A DNA stretch of 64,000 nucleotides from Eledone cirrhosa (taxonomy: Eukaryota), in assembly GCA_964016885.1 (NCBI GenBank), contig OZ024740.1, forward strand, positions 100,378,001-100,442,000, in the 5' to 3' direction. Position 1 is the stretch's first letter. Each line of letters starts with the position of its first letter. A model generated the notes under the pieces. The model ran no database searches. It was not told where the DNA came from and worked only from the letters and a program-made list of their open reading frames with translations. The translations under genes and the position numbers were made by a program. This document shows, piece after piece, positions 1-13,570 of this stretch.

Positions 1-1233
1 TAATACAGCAGGGAACATCATAATATTAACGACATGAAAAAGCTACTAAGAGAAACCCTCGAAAATTTATCGCTAATACAGCAGGGAAAATTTAACGCTA
101 ATACAGCAGGGAACATCATAATATTAACGACAATATGTAGGCTAAAATACCTTCGTAGATTAGGTGGATGGCTGGCTGAGAAAATTTGAATCAGCTCAGT
201 GGTACATTTTAGCAGAGAAGAATGGCAAAGTGTCTTATCTCTTCAATATTTTCAGATTGAATGAATTAGGTTAAAGACAGGGTAGTAAGCCTTAAAGAAG
301 TGCATAGAGGGGGGGGGGGGGGGTAGGAACTGAGGGTCGCATGGTAAATAACTGAGAGAGATACAATAGGATTAGAATACCGCATGGTAAATATCCAAGT
401 TAATAAGTTAATACTACATCAGTAAAATTAACAATAATAACGTCATGAAAAAAGCTACTAAGAGAAACCCTCGAAAATTTATCGCTAATACAGCAGGGAA
501 AATTTAACGCTAATACAGCAGGGAACATCATAATATTAACGACATGAAAAAGCTACTAAGAGAAACCCTCGAAAATTTATCGCTAATACAGCAGGGAAAA
601 TTTAACGCTAATACAGCAGGGAACATCATAATATTAACGACATGAAAAAGCTACTAAGAGAAACCCTCGAAAATTTATCGCTAATACAGCAGGGAAAATT
701 TAACGCTAATACAGCAGGGAACATCATAATATTAACGACAATATGTAGGCTAAAATACCTTCGTAGATTAGGTGGATGGCTGGCTGGGAAAATTTGAATC
801 AGCTCAGTGGTACATTTTAGCAGAGAAGAATGGCAAAGTGTCTTATCTCTTCAATATTTTCAGATTGAATGAATTAGGTTAAAGACAGGGTAGTAAGCCT
901 TAAAGAAGTGCATAGAGGGGGGGGGGTAGGAACTGAGGGTCGCATGGTAAATAACTGAGAGAGATACAATAGGATTAGAATACCGCATGGTAAATATCCA
1001 AGTTAATAAGTTAATACTACATCAGTAAAATTAACAATAATAACGTCATGAAAAAAGCTACTAAGAGAAACCCTCGAAAATTTATCGCTAATACAGCAGG
1101 GAAAATTTAACGCTAATACAGCAGGGAACATCATAATATTAACGACATGAAAAAGCTACTAAGAGAAACCCTCGAAAATTTATCGCTAATACAGCAGGGA
1201 AAATTTAACGCTAATACAGCAGGGAACATCATA
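1..1233. repeat. Composite tandem repeat: ~98-bp units nested in a ~608-bp higher-order unit
   Basis: The unit TAATACAGCAGGGAACATCATAATATTAACGACATGAAAAAGCTACTAAGAGAAACCCTCGAAAATTTATCGC... starts at 1 and its start recurs at 99, 511 and 609. A ~310-bp block starting CAATATGTAGG occurs at 131 and 739, near-identical apart from poly-G length. The array runs off the window start. Confidence 0.95.
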
Positions 1234-2259
1234 AGTGCAATACATAAAATATAAAAACCGTCGATGTTAACCAGTTTATGATATTATTGTTGCTAGCAGA
1301 TGTTTAAAATGTAGAATATTTAGGAACTATTCATTTAAATAAAGTTAACTTAAAGTTTTAGTTATCAAGTTTAATCCAGGATAGGCTTCTGCCTGTGTGA
1401 ATCAGATAATGTGCATTTGCAAGAAATTTCATTATATTGGACCTGCAATGAACTAATTATCTAATTTCGTAGAAAGATTTCAATGCTACTCTTAATTATC
1501 TGACGCGTAATTTCTTAATTGGAACTATTTGCCTATACTAATGGTTAGAAAGAATGTATTGTAAATACTTGTCTCAAACATTCCAGTTGATGGACTAAAT
1601 GAAGACATGATTGTTGGCGTAGCTCCTTCCGCTGCAACATTAGATTTACACAAAAGACATTCAATATTTTTGACTCCTAGTCTGTTTAACTAGCCCTATA
1701 ATTGAATAAATTCTAGTCATGCAATTGAGACACAAAATCCAGAGTATATATATTTCTGTTGTCAGGGAAAAGTGTAAACTCACCTATGTCATTGGTGCTC
1801 TCCTATCATTGATCTTGTCCACATGGGATATATCTGTGAGAGCCCTACCTCTGGCCAGAAAACTTAGCAGTTCAAACCACAAACACTTCTGGCAAGTCAC
1901 AATTTCCTTGCATTTTCCAAGCATCTGATCATTAATCACTGGCTCTATAACTTCTAATGGTGTCATAGAGGAGCCTTGATCAACATTCAAACCCTTCCCT
2001 CTCCATGACCTTAGGGCACAGAGAACCAGAATGAATCTGGTAATGCAGTCTATATAATGCAGTATTAAGTCTGCCAATTCACTGCATTACTAAGCATGTA
2101 CTGGAATATAAATGTGTTTAAGTCCAAGTTGTGATTGAACCAATTATTACCAACACATCTCCAAAATGTTGTATGTACTTCCAGTTCTGGAGGCGAAGTT
2201 ATAATTCCTATTATGAAGTTTATTTTCAACCATTTCTTTTTGTGTACTACAGTTTTATA

Positions 2260-2420
2260 AATTGGCAGAGATGATAGAACGTCAGATAGAGTGCATTGTG
2301 GCATTCATTCCAGCCCTCTGCTCTCAGTTCAAATCGTGTCACAGTCACCTTTGCCTGTCATCCATTCGAGATTGATAAAAAAACGTACCAGTCTAGTACT
2401 GGAGTTGATTTGTCCTCTGT
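2260..2420 (+). mobile_element. Degenerate tRNA-derived SINE (MetaSINE-like)
   Basis: TTGGCAGAG...AGTTCAAATC...CTTTGCCTGTCATCCATTCGAGATTGATAAAAAAACGTACCAGT resembles the clearer copies at 43870 and 59265. Confidence 0.6.
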
Positions 2421-3139
2421 ATCTCTTTGTCACTTCCCTTCTCTCACTCTCTTTCCTTCACTGGGAAAAATTGGCTATACTCAGGCCTGGAGAGATGATG
2501 GGCTCTGCCAGGTTTTAAAATGCCCAAGTCATGCTATATGTTGATGTGGCACCCTTATGACTCCCTTAGGAGTTATGGGTCCATACCATAGCATACCATA
2601 CTACAATTTGGTATTGAAAGTGTTGTGTTGTGAGTGGTAAATAGTCAGAATGACAGTAACCTAATATTACTTGACATTATAGTCTTTTATTGGTGTTAAA
2701 TATTCAGAAGCATAGTAGCATAATGCATCTTTGAAAATGTTTGCATTGATTAATCTAAAGTACCAGGCACATTTAACAACAATATATCTGAAGTGTAGTT
2801 TTATTATCTACGAAGTGAAGCAAAGCAGTTCTAATGCCAATCATCTTTAGGTTTGAGTCATCAAATGAAAATAAATGTCTATCAGCAAGATTGATGATTA
2901 ATTATAACTTTGTTAATAGCGAAGTTGGAATGATAGAGCTAAACCAGTATTTAGTTGTATTTTACATGGTTATCCATTCAATATACATTAATGTTGTAAT
3001 AATCTATACACAAATAGAGAGGATTTGACCAGCATAACGTTAATAAACTGCTCAATGTAGAACAATTACAGTAATTCTTCTCATATGCAGAATAGGATTT
3101 AGATAAGATGATTCAGAATTGCTGTAATTTCTAACGTGA

Positions 3140-3500
3140 CTTTGCTCAGTTTTCTAGAGCTTCCTTCATGAGATCAATTGCTATAGGTATATAATATATT
3201 TCTCTTTCGGATCTTGTTAGAACTATTGATCCAAGAGTAAGTGATAATACTGCCTGAAACACCAAAGCTAACCAAGTCTGAAGTGGACATTTTAAGCAAA
3301 GTTCTTTGACAATTGAGAATTTTTGTTTTTGTCTGAGTACAATGAAACCATTAAAAGAAAAAAAAAACAATTTCATACGCTCTTTTTCTGTGTCATCTTT
3401 GATTGCTGTGAACTTACACAAGTAGCATATGCATTGAGCTTTAGCAGCAATTCATTGGTTGATTCTCCTTGGTTTTGTTTTAGCTTAAAACTAATCTGAG
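3140..3500 (-). pseudogene. Possible highly decayed Ty3/gypsy gag remnant
   Basis: Frameshifted translation KQNQGESTNELLLKL...CKF...F.NG...LRQK resembles the gag pattern Q..GES...L..LA..C.F; recognised by eye only. Confidence 0.3.
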
Positions 3501-5698
3501 ATAAGTAGTTATTGTTTCGATAGCATAGTTTAAATTTTCAAATGAACAATCTCGAATTGTAGTATAAATGGCATATTTGCTTATTGCTGTGTTGGGTTTT
3601 TACTTATTTCTATTTTTAAACCCTTTACAATGAATGTGATTTGTAATATAAATAAGATTAAAAAAGGAAAAAAGAGAGGGAATAAGGAAGAAAAAGGGGA
3701 TAATAATAAAGAAAAAACAATAGAAGTTGGGAGAAGAACCACACATTCAATCACACACCATAAGTAGAACTGAAGTCCCCTCTAATAAATTGTAGCGTCT
3801 CAAATGAGACATCTACGTCTTATTCAGGGAGAAAAGGTGTCTTTTGATGATTAAGTTTTGGTCTGTATGGTGAGTGAAGTGTTCTGCATTCATGCAGAAA
3901 AATAATTCATGAAGACCTGTGCAGTCAAGGAGTTTGCCGTGATGAGATTTCAATCCTCCAGACATCAGCCATAGATTTTCTCCATGGGTAGCGGATCAAC
4001 CCAGTACCCTGAATATTTGGCACTCACAGAAAGTAGGTGGCACCTTGAGAATTGATCAGATTGATTAATGAGCGTGTCAAAAATGTCTCCCAACCATGAA
4101 TTGTCTCAGACTCAACTTCAGTCAACTATCCTCTGTATCAGGAACTGAAAAACCTACCTCCTCTCTCTGTTGTACTAGTCCATTTGGGAGACGAGGTCAT
4201 GTTACTCACACGAGAAGAACAAGCATGGATGAAGGAAATAAAGCATGAAAGAGACAGAGATGAACATTTGTGTATATCTAAGACTCTAAATGCAGCCTAA
4301 CATTTGGAATCTGGAGCGAGTGTGACATTAACCAAACATCTTTCAATTTAATGATTACATTGATGCTACATGATGTAAACAATTTTGGCTTAACGAGTTC
4401 AAGCTAAAGTAATCTAAAATGAGTTTTTAGCTAAACTGTATTAGCCAATAGGTACTAAATTTTGTTGGCATGTAGAACCTGAAAAAAAGAGTGCATTATC
4501 TGCTAAACAGACAATGACAGCATCTATTTGTATTTTCTATTAAAACATATTCTATACATAAAACTATTCGGTACTTATATTTATTCTAGAAAATAATATA
4601 TTTACAAAATTTGTTCTCTGAAAAGTAGTTTTAATAAAATGATGGTTCAATGAAAAGTCACCCAATAAAAAAGTTATTTAGTAAAGCATTGTGGTAAACA
4701 GTCGGTTCTATAAAACATCATTCCACCAAACAGTTTGATGAAATACTATTTTGATAAAAGTCATCCAATGAAATGCACCATGACTTTTATCTCTGTCCTC
4801 AACCAATACTGGTATAATGTCATGTCAAATGCTTGTTGCTAGACCATACTAAACATATTTAATCTCTGATCCTTCAAAATGGTGAGATGTCAAAATGTTC
4901 TTGAGAGGTTTGAGCTGACTAATAAGTATCCATAAGTTTCTCTGATTTACAATATCCTTACATATTCATATCTAAATCAATGTTATTTAGTTTATCTTAA
5001 ATGTGAGGTTTTCCTTGCCCTTTAGTGCAAATATATTTGTGTAAGAGATTTTATCAATTTTTTCAACATTGTGCTCTTTTCTTTTTAAAGCTAAAAAACT
5101 GATGTAAATTTTTTTTTTTTTGTACTGCATGATTTGCAAATGCAAAGGATCTTCCTTTAATAAGCTTATATTCACAACCATAAAATTTGCCTTCAGAAAA
5201 TCTATTCATTTTAACAAGGTGATAAGCATCAGCAACTCTTGGCTTTACTTGATACAAAATATTGACTCTGAAAACGTGACATCATCTGTTCTTTGAATTT
5301 CTCACATACCTTGAATGACATATTTTGTAATTGCAGCTGTTGCAACATTCTTGATCTATGGGATGTATGATAAACTCTTTCAATAAATCAATTTTATCAG
5401 TTTCTTTTTAATATTTTGACCACTTTGGCCAAGCTTATTTATTGGGAAATATTAAAATATAGATGAATAGAGAGAATGACTGACAAGCCATGTTGATGTT
5501 TTCTTTCTAGTTTGTCATTTACTTCTTGGAAGAGGTATTCTCAATTTGAATGACTTGGACCACTACATTGGCAACAAGGTAATTCAAAACGTATAATATA
5601 TAAATCGTTGTCAAAAATGGTAGAATGAAAACAAAGTATTTCAAAGGAATACGATTGGCTTACTTCAAATTTTCTTCTCAACTCCATTTTATTTTTAA

Positions 5699-8600
5699 CT
5701 AGCAGTGGTACCCGGCGTTGCACGGGATAAGGTATTTTGGAACCCGGGCCGCCAACAGACCTAATCGTGGAAAAACTGCATGCCTCGACAATATGTAAAG
5801 AAAATAAACACAATACTCTGATGGCTGGATAATCTGTAAGATTTTCCTTGATGGAGTAAGGAGTTTAGGAATTCTGGTAGAAAGTTTACCACTTCATTTG
5901 GATCGGGTATCGTGTCAACAGACTTGTAGTTGCGAAGAGTACCTGGAAGGGAATCCAGTAGCAGGTCGTTGAAATTGTTAACAGTGGCGTTTTTTGGAGC
6001 ATGCACTGCTCTTTCGCACAACAATGCGTGGTCCTGGAAATGGTGTTGCAAATTCGGAAACACTTTGTCTTTGAGCTCTGCTGCAGAATTAACAGAAGTC
6101 GCAAATAGCCACACTTCCAGTTCACCTTCAGCATCAAGAGGCATGTTGCTGTCGCTAAGCTTCAGAATGTCCCGTGCAAAGTCAGCGGACGTTTGGTCAC
6201 CGTGCAATTGAGCCCTCATGTTGGTTGTAAGAATCAGTTTCCTGACATGGCGCCATAGGGAGATGACATCAGACATGCTTGGACCTCGTCAGCTTGTGTA
6301 CCTTGGAAATTACTTGGGAATTACAGGGATGGTCTACCTGAAGTCGCCTGTTGGTCTGCTTGAAGTCACTCCTTTGTGCGCCATGGTGCACTCATCCCAG
6401 ACAATGAGTTGACACCATTTCAAGACTTGGCCCTGGTAGGAATTCCTGCTGATGCTGCAAGTGGGTGTTTCTGACTTCGTTAAATTGAGGGGCAATTTAA
6501 AAGTGGAGTGTGCAGTCCTACCATTGGGCAGCAAAGTTGCAACAATCCCCAAAGAGGCCACAGCAACCGCAATGTCATTGTGCATCCTGACTTTTGCAAG
6601 GAGAAGCCTTGTTAAAAATGTTTTGCCCGTCCCTCTAGGAGCATCCAGAAAGAACATACCTCCTTTTCCTTGGCGCACATGGTCAGCAACAATGGTGTAG
6701 ACACGACGTTGATCCGGAAGTAGTTGTGGTTCAGTTTCATGGATGCACATGGCAAGGTCATCGACGTTGTAGGATGTTTCCCGAAGAAGAGCTGTAGGAA
6801 GTACGTTTGACCCGGTACGGAGCGTTTGGGGCAGACCATATGACGGCAAATAATTTCCACCGAGTGATGTAACTCTGTTCTCAATGTCAATCAAAGCACA
6901 ATTGAAGACCTCATCGCTGGTTCGTTCCATTTGAGGGTATTTCAGTTGCACCCGGCGTTTGTAGTCTTCGGATAAGTCTTCTTTGAACTGCAGCCACAAA
7001 GACATGGGATAGCTTAGTTCGCAAGTTTGCAGCATTACTGAAAATAGAGCTCGTAAACGCATAGGCGATTGAGATGCAATGGCTTCGAATTAAGTCACTT
7101 TCCACTGCGCTCGTCTTCCAGCAGGCCACACTTGAAGCAACCTTTCCTGTAAGTGCTGCACACGCAGCCATCAAAAGTTTGGAGGTTGTGAAAAGATTGG
7201 GGTCCTCTTACCTCATGCAGCAGAAGGCAAATGTAGAAGCACTCCTGTTGGTTCGAGTGCACAGTGTAAACCCTCCCAAGGCAACTGTCAAACTTTATGC
7301 CGGGATGTCCTTCAACAGGTTGTCCTGCCTTTCTGCACACTCATTGTTGCTTATTCCATGTGTAGTAGAACGGCACCTGGGGGTAAAGCAGAGTCTGTGA
7401 AAAAGATTTGGTCCGACATAGTTTAAAAAATCCAGTGAGGGTTGTTTCTCGTGGGTCATCCACCATATTGGGCAGCATTAGCGTCGGTGAAGTAGACCCT
7501 TTGACCATTCTGAAGGTGAACCGCAAGCTGTACAATAGCAGGGTGCCTTTGGTGTATTGGGAAGCCAAACATCCGCCAGAAAGCCTCGTTGCTACTGATG
7601 TTACGGCCAATTCGGTATTGCGAGAACTCATCACGGCTGTGTCCTGCTGTAGACCGAACATAGCAGCGTTTGAACCCTTATTCACGTAGTTGCAGATGTA
7701 CTTGATTGACTTGACAGAGCTACAGAATTCCACATTGATGTGGGCACCGAAGGTCTTCGAAAGAAGTGGGCAGTAGGGCACTATCCATCGGCTGTCGACC
7801 TAGTGTTGTCCAACTGTCGCTGTGAAACCACCGTCGTCTGTATAACGGTTATCCGTTCATGCCAGTCTGGGTTCCTTTAAGGAACTTTCAGGGAAAAATT
7901 TTGCTGCAGACATTGTTGCTCAGGTAAGGTGAGCTCAAATAGAAACCACGCCCACATGGACCACGTACCATGTTTGCCGTCACTATTTCGTAGAGGTCTT
8001 TGTCCACAGATGGATCAGGAAGCTCGGCGGAGATGGCCTTGTCAATGTCGTTTGGAGATATTCTTGCAGACAGGCAGATGAGGATATGGGCATGTGGTAG
8101 GCCCCTCTTCTGCCACTCGACGGTTTACATCTCGCATATAACTGGTCCGAAGACTTGTCCCCTCTTGATGAGCTCCATCAGGTTGATAAGCTTCAGCCGA
8201 AAGACTCTAGCCAGGAGGTCATGCCTGTCTTTGGCCTGTTGCCCTTGGAACAGTTCTGCAGCAATCTCCTTCCACTTAGGATTGCAAATGAAAGTGATGA
8301 ACATGATGCTGAATGTAAGTCATGGCATCTTGCGTCCTCTCGTGCATGTAGCGCGGACTTCCGGTGAAAGTGGATGGAAGGATGCAGAGTTTTCCTACGC
8401 TGGCTGGCGCTGCACCATTGGTGAGGGGATCTCGGAGGTGGATGTAGCTCTCAGACCGCAATTGCCTCTGGTGTGACCGGATGAAGCACAACCTTTCCAA
8501 TGCCATTTTCGCACACATGTCGACGGCAAATTGCTGAAAGAGGTCTTTTGATTAGTGCAAGTGGTTGAATGAGTTGTGGCGTACCATGATGCAGTAAGAG

Positions 8601-11047
8601 TAGAAACTCATGCAGGAAACAGTTTTATTGGTTAACGCCCAGGATGTTCAGGATTATCCTGAGGAATACCAAATCGGTAGCTGTCCTCTCCTTTCACAGA
8701 CAGCCATGGATATTCAAGAGCGTCATAAGACCTGTGTGTTTCGCTTATACATTGGAGGGTCTTGTCTCGTCGCCGTAGAACAATGTCTCGAGGGTTGTGC
8801 TGATAACCATGAAGAAGTACAGCTACTTCGTTGCACGCAGGTAAATTGTAGCAGCCCGAATGTTCGCCAGAATGTCTTTTCAAGGCATCAATTACGACAT
8901 TGAAATTTGATGCAGGAGCTGCTTCCAATCCGTACTTGAAGCTGATGACATAGCTGTTGTATGTGAGCAAAATGTCTTGTAGGCTTCTGATAATGTCAAG
9001 GCGGATGCCAGGTGAAATAGAGTTCCGCATGGCAGCCTGTTCATTGACATTCCTGACCAAGTAAATTTGGAGAAACTGGGGATCTTCGTTGGCAGTAGGT
9101 TGGAGCGGTCCAACTCTATGATATACCTGCTCTCGCACTTTAAATGTGGGCATAAATCAACCCTCTCTGACAACATTAGCCCGAAAGATGTCATCTGGAA
9201 GGCACAATTGTACTTCTGGATATTACTGAGAAAGTGCTTTGAATCGGCAGTTGAACCTGAAAGGAGGATCTTCAGCGGCTGTGGTGGGTCCAATTTGATC
9301 TTCCCATTTGAGCAGCACATACCAGGTGGTTCCCCCGACCAATTTTTGGCATTGCAAAATGAGCAGGGTTTTGACATACTTCCAAGTGTCATGTTTGGGT
9401 GGCTGCCATAATGAAAGATGGGGCTGTATTCGAAAGCTTTGAAGGCCCATTGTGAGCTGCATGGCTTTGAAACACCTTGCTTAAGTGCTCTTCGTTGGAC
9501 ATTATTCTCTAGACGGTTATCGCGGTCTTGCGCTGTTTTGGAAACTAGAGCAGCAACAGTGTTTGCAGCATCCGTTGCCCAACATCTAATGCGCTGTTGT
9601 TCGTTCTCTGCAGCCCAAGAAGCAGAAGTTGACGCAGCATCAGAGGTTCAGTGATGTTTACGCTGTTGGTCTGGCTCCGCAGTTCTTGCAGCAGACGTAT
9701 GCGGTACGGCAGTTTCGACGCTGGTCTTCAGTCTCTGCAGCTCTTGCAGCAGATGTTGATACCGCATTAGCGGCATGGCGGCTTCGACGCTGGTGTTCAG
9801 TCTCTGTAACTCTTGCAGCAGATGTTGACGCCGCGTTAACGGTATGGCAGCTTCGACGCTAATCTTCAGTCTCGGCAGCTCTTGCAGAAGCAGTCAAAAC
9901 AGCAGTAGTTGTTCAGCGAGCGGTTCATTGGTCGTCTGTTTCGAGTGCTCTTCTTACGGCACCACGTTCAGCAGCTTGTGACCGTCAGATAGTAGAATCC
10001 TCTGATGATTCGTTTTCCCGCTTTGCTCTTGACATTGTAGCTTTCGCAGTTTTTCGTCCGATGGAGTATCTCTTCGCTTGAGGCATGACCTAAAATTAGG
10101 GGAAAGGGCAGTGAGACTCACTCCTAGAGCAAGGGCTAATTTGTAAATGAATTGCATTAGGTGTCTATGGATTTGTCTACTGTATGTGGCCTAAAGGCAA
10201 GGCAACTTGCTTAACTACCCTCAGGGTATTGGGATGACAGTAAGCTTAACATTGCAACAACTGAGGACAAAAATGAAGTAAAGGTCAATGATACGATTGT
10301 GGGCAGCACTGTAAAAAGTGTAAGCATTAGCACCTACGTGCATCAGGTGAAAACGAGAGAGAAACTGTGTGCGCTTACCAAATGTCTGTTGAATGAGTGG
10401 TAGATTTGGCCTTCAGGGTGACAGAGCAACTGGTGTCAGAGGGTTGGTGGTTTTTCTGCTAGTCATTTATAATTCTTACAAAGTATAAAATTTACACACA
10501 AAAAAAATACATAATACTCTATTTCTTAAGTAATTTGCATAAAATTGCAACACTGTGAAAACTGAAGCTATTATAGCGATGTTTTTCTTTACCGGCTTTA
10601 ATGTTTAGTGTTGTGTGAAATATATAACCTGCAAACCTGATTTTTGAATCGCAGCAGGATCGACTTTATTTCACTCGTTCCACTAAAAGTTTGATTTTCT
10701 TTGCTCACAGTATGAAGAAGAAACTGACTAATACATAGTTACCGGCTTTCATTGTTAGTGTTCTGTGAAATATATAACCGCCTTAGCTAAGCTTCGTATT
10801 GCCACAACCACGGCTGGCAAAGAAGTAATGGTCTGGTGGTACGTAAGCAAGCAACACTGTGGCTTAAAACGTGAGGAAGAAGTTGTGTAAGATTTGTCTT
10901 GAGATTTGTGTGAGATTTGTCTTGAGCAAGAGTGGCAGAATAACCGGAGGCAGCAGACATCAGACATACAGACAGATATTATAAGGGCGCGTTCTGGACA
11001 TTCACTCAATCAGTACTGAGATGAAAATCGGCTAGAGACTATATAGA
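5699..11047 (-). mobile_element. Helitron (rolling-circle transposon), decayed autonomous-type copy
   Basis: Minus strand begins A|TCTATAT at 11047 and ends CCCGTGCAACGCCGGG (hairpin)-TACCACTG-CTAG|T at 5699. It sits between A and T with no TSD and contains Rep and helicase coding remnants. Confidence 0.92.
5857..10086 (-). pseudogene. Helitron Rep/helicase pseudogene (HUH Rep + PIF1-like SF1 helicase), frameshifted, C-terminus missing
   Basis: Fragments: Zn-finger CSFCNAKNWSGEPPGMCCSNGKI; FQMTSFG; PTFKVREQVYHR; LPSTFTGSPRYM; HUH motif VEWQKRGLPHAHIL (~8075-8122); KYICNYVNKG; Walker A FFLDAPRGTGKT; GRTAHSTFKLP; Walker B IVWDECTM. Likely ATG at 10086, followed by ~69-bp coding repeats (9600-9900). 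The reading breaks after PEFLNSL. Confidence 0.92.
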
Positions 11048-11459
11048 TTATGCATATTGAACATATGGTGCAGATGCTCATTTGCATATTGCAAATAGTA
11101 AAAATCAGCTGGAAATGCTCATTTGCATATAGTGTGAACTTAGCTGGTTATAATTAATTGACAGCAACACTATGATAGAACAAAAACGAAAAATATGTTC
11201 CATAATGAATTTTTTTTTCTTTGATAGCAAGTTTCTTATGTGTTTATTGTACATAAACATATTGTATGTTTTCATATACACCATTATTGTTAACTATATA
11301 TTAATTATATTATATATATCGATGTACATGTAATATGATTTACTCATTACATTAGTTTTGTATTTCTAATATAACACTATATAGAACTACTAATGTCAGT
11401 GTGTCCTAGGGCCTATCTTACACCCACATCTATCATGTTAAACTTATAAAACCATACAT

Positions 11460-12010
11460 CAGGATGATGATAAAAAATATGGTGCTAATGAGAATGGTGA
11501 TGATGATGATTGTAGTGATGGTGAAAAGGGTTATGTTGTTCTCATTTTTGGTGGTAGGAATGGTGGTGGTCGTGGTGGTGGTGGTGGTGATGGTGATGGT
11601 TGTGGTGTTGATGATGGTGGATTGAAGGCAATGATGATTATGATGATTGTAATGATGGTGATGTTGTAATGATGATGATGTTGTAATGATGGTGATGTGA
11701 TGGTGATGGAGATAGTTATAAACATGAGGATGAAGAAGGACAAATTTGACGATGATATTGACGAAATTGCAGATAATGATGACAAAGATGATGAGGATGA
11801 GCAGGGGGAGGTGGAGGAGGAGGTGGATAATGATATTGATGATGATGAAAGTGATGATGATGATGATGATGATGATGGTGATGGTGATTATGTTGATGAT
11901 GATGATGATGATGAAAATAATGATGATGATAATGATGGTGGTGGTGGTGATGATGATGACGAAGATGATGATGATGACAAAGATGATGATGATAATAGTA
12001 ATGATGATGC
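11460..12010. repeat. (GAT)n/(GGT)n low-complexity trinucleotide region
   Basis: Degenerate GAT/GGT repeats that account for the poly-D/H/I/M ORFs in the track. Confidence 0.95.
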
Positions 12011-13498
12011 ACAAGTATCAACATATAAATATAATTATTATAAACAGACAAGATAGAAATACTTGTCTGATCTATCATACTCGACAGCTTGTAAGTAAAA
12101 AACATTGATTTGCATACATAAATATAAATATATATATACAAGCATACATGAGGGCATATATCCATCGTGTGAGTGAGTGTGTGGATGTCTACCTCCACGT
12201 GTGTGTTTATGACTTTCTGTATTGTCTGTAGTAGATGTTTTTTTGTGTTTTATTTGCCTGCATGTATGTGGACATAAGTGTGTGTATGGTTATGTATGGG
12301 TATGTCTGTGTGAGCATATGTGTGGGTGTGTGTGAATATATACGTGTAGTCTGAAAGATGTCCGAGGGAGATGTGGTCAGCACATTAATGTTAGTGAAAT
12401 GGTCGGGGAGGAAGTTGTCAGATGGGAGAGAGAAGGAGAAGTGATGGAACACATAGAATGGAAATGATTTGGGAAGGAGCTGTGTGGCAGCATGTGTGTG
12501 TATTGGTGGTACAGAGGTGAATGTAGTAATAAACGAAGTTGTTAGTGGTTAGCTGTGTGTGGTTATGTCTATATTGGTGGTAGAATAGGGGGATGCAAAT
12601 GTAGATTGTTAGTAGTATTAGTTGGTGAGGTGGTTCAAATGTGTGTGTATGTGTGGTAGAGCACCGGGGTGTAGAGGTAGAGGGAAGAGGGAGTTAGTAG
12701 AGTTTGTGGTGGGTGGTGTCATCCATTAGTTATTTAGTTAATTCTGTGGGTGGGGTTAAAAGGTAATATGAGTTTAACTAGTAAATTGCTTGTGTTGGTG
12801 TGTGTGAGGGCTGATGATCAAGGCTAATGGAAAAGGGGTGGGAAAGTTATACCAATATAAGGGTCATGATTGACCATGGTTTTTGCATCTAGAAAGATCC
12901 CTACATGGCACAAGCCCAGGAAAGTATTTTTTGTAGAAAAACGACAGTCACCCATGCATACCACTCACCCCTCACCATGCAACCAATGTTATCCAAGTCC
13001 AATACACCTAGGCCAATACAGCTTGGCCCCAGAGACATCGCAATTCATTTTTGCTACTGAATGAAATGGAGCAACTTGAAATAAATGTCTGTATCAAAGA
13101 CACAAAAAATCACTTTAACCACTAAGTCACATATATAATAATTTAAGCTATGATCATTTCACATCTATCTCAGTTGTTGGTGAGAATGTCAGAGTCTTGT
13201 ACAGCTAATTAAAAAGTTGTTCGAATTCATTATATGTAAATGAGGATTGAGATGGAGGCACAAACCCTCCATCTCAATACTACTTTTGAAAAGCATAAGA
13301 ACTGCGAAACCGGTAAAGGAACGAAATAAATATTCTTAAAAAGACTCCAGTTACATTTTCGATTTCATCTTTTTTCCTTATACTTTCACTCGTGTAGAAC
13401 ATCTCGTTTTTTTTTCATTTTGGAAAAAAAAACCTCATTTTCAAATATATATATATATATACATATATATATACACATATATATACACATATATATAT

Positions 13499-13529
<31 letters not shown>

Positions 13530-13570
13530 AATAAATATACACGGGTGTGTATGATTGTGTATAGAAGATT

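Noticed and set aside
42-75. Hammerhead-like layout CTACTAA-GAG-AAACC-CTC-GAAA in the 98-bp satellite unit
   Set aside because: Three substitutions in the CUGANGA core and no stem I pairing.
1-1233. CRISPR-like repeat array
   Set aside because: The intervening sequences are identical rather than unique spacers, the context is eukaryotic, and there are no cas genes.
1784-2304. Minus-strand ORFs of 97 and 79 aa
   Set aside because: No recognisable motif, and one overlaps a SINE remnant.
11433-12198. Poly-Asp, poly-His and poly-Ile ORFs
   Set aside because: Translations of (GAT)n repeats.
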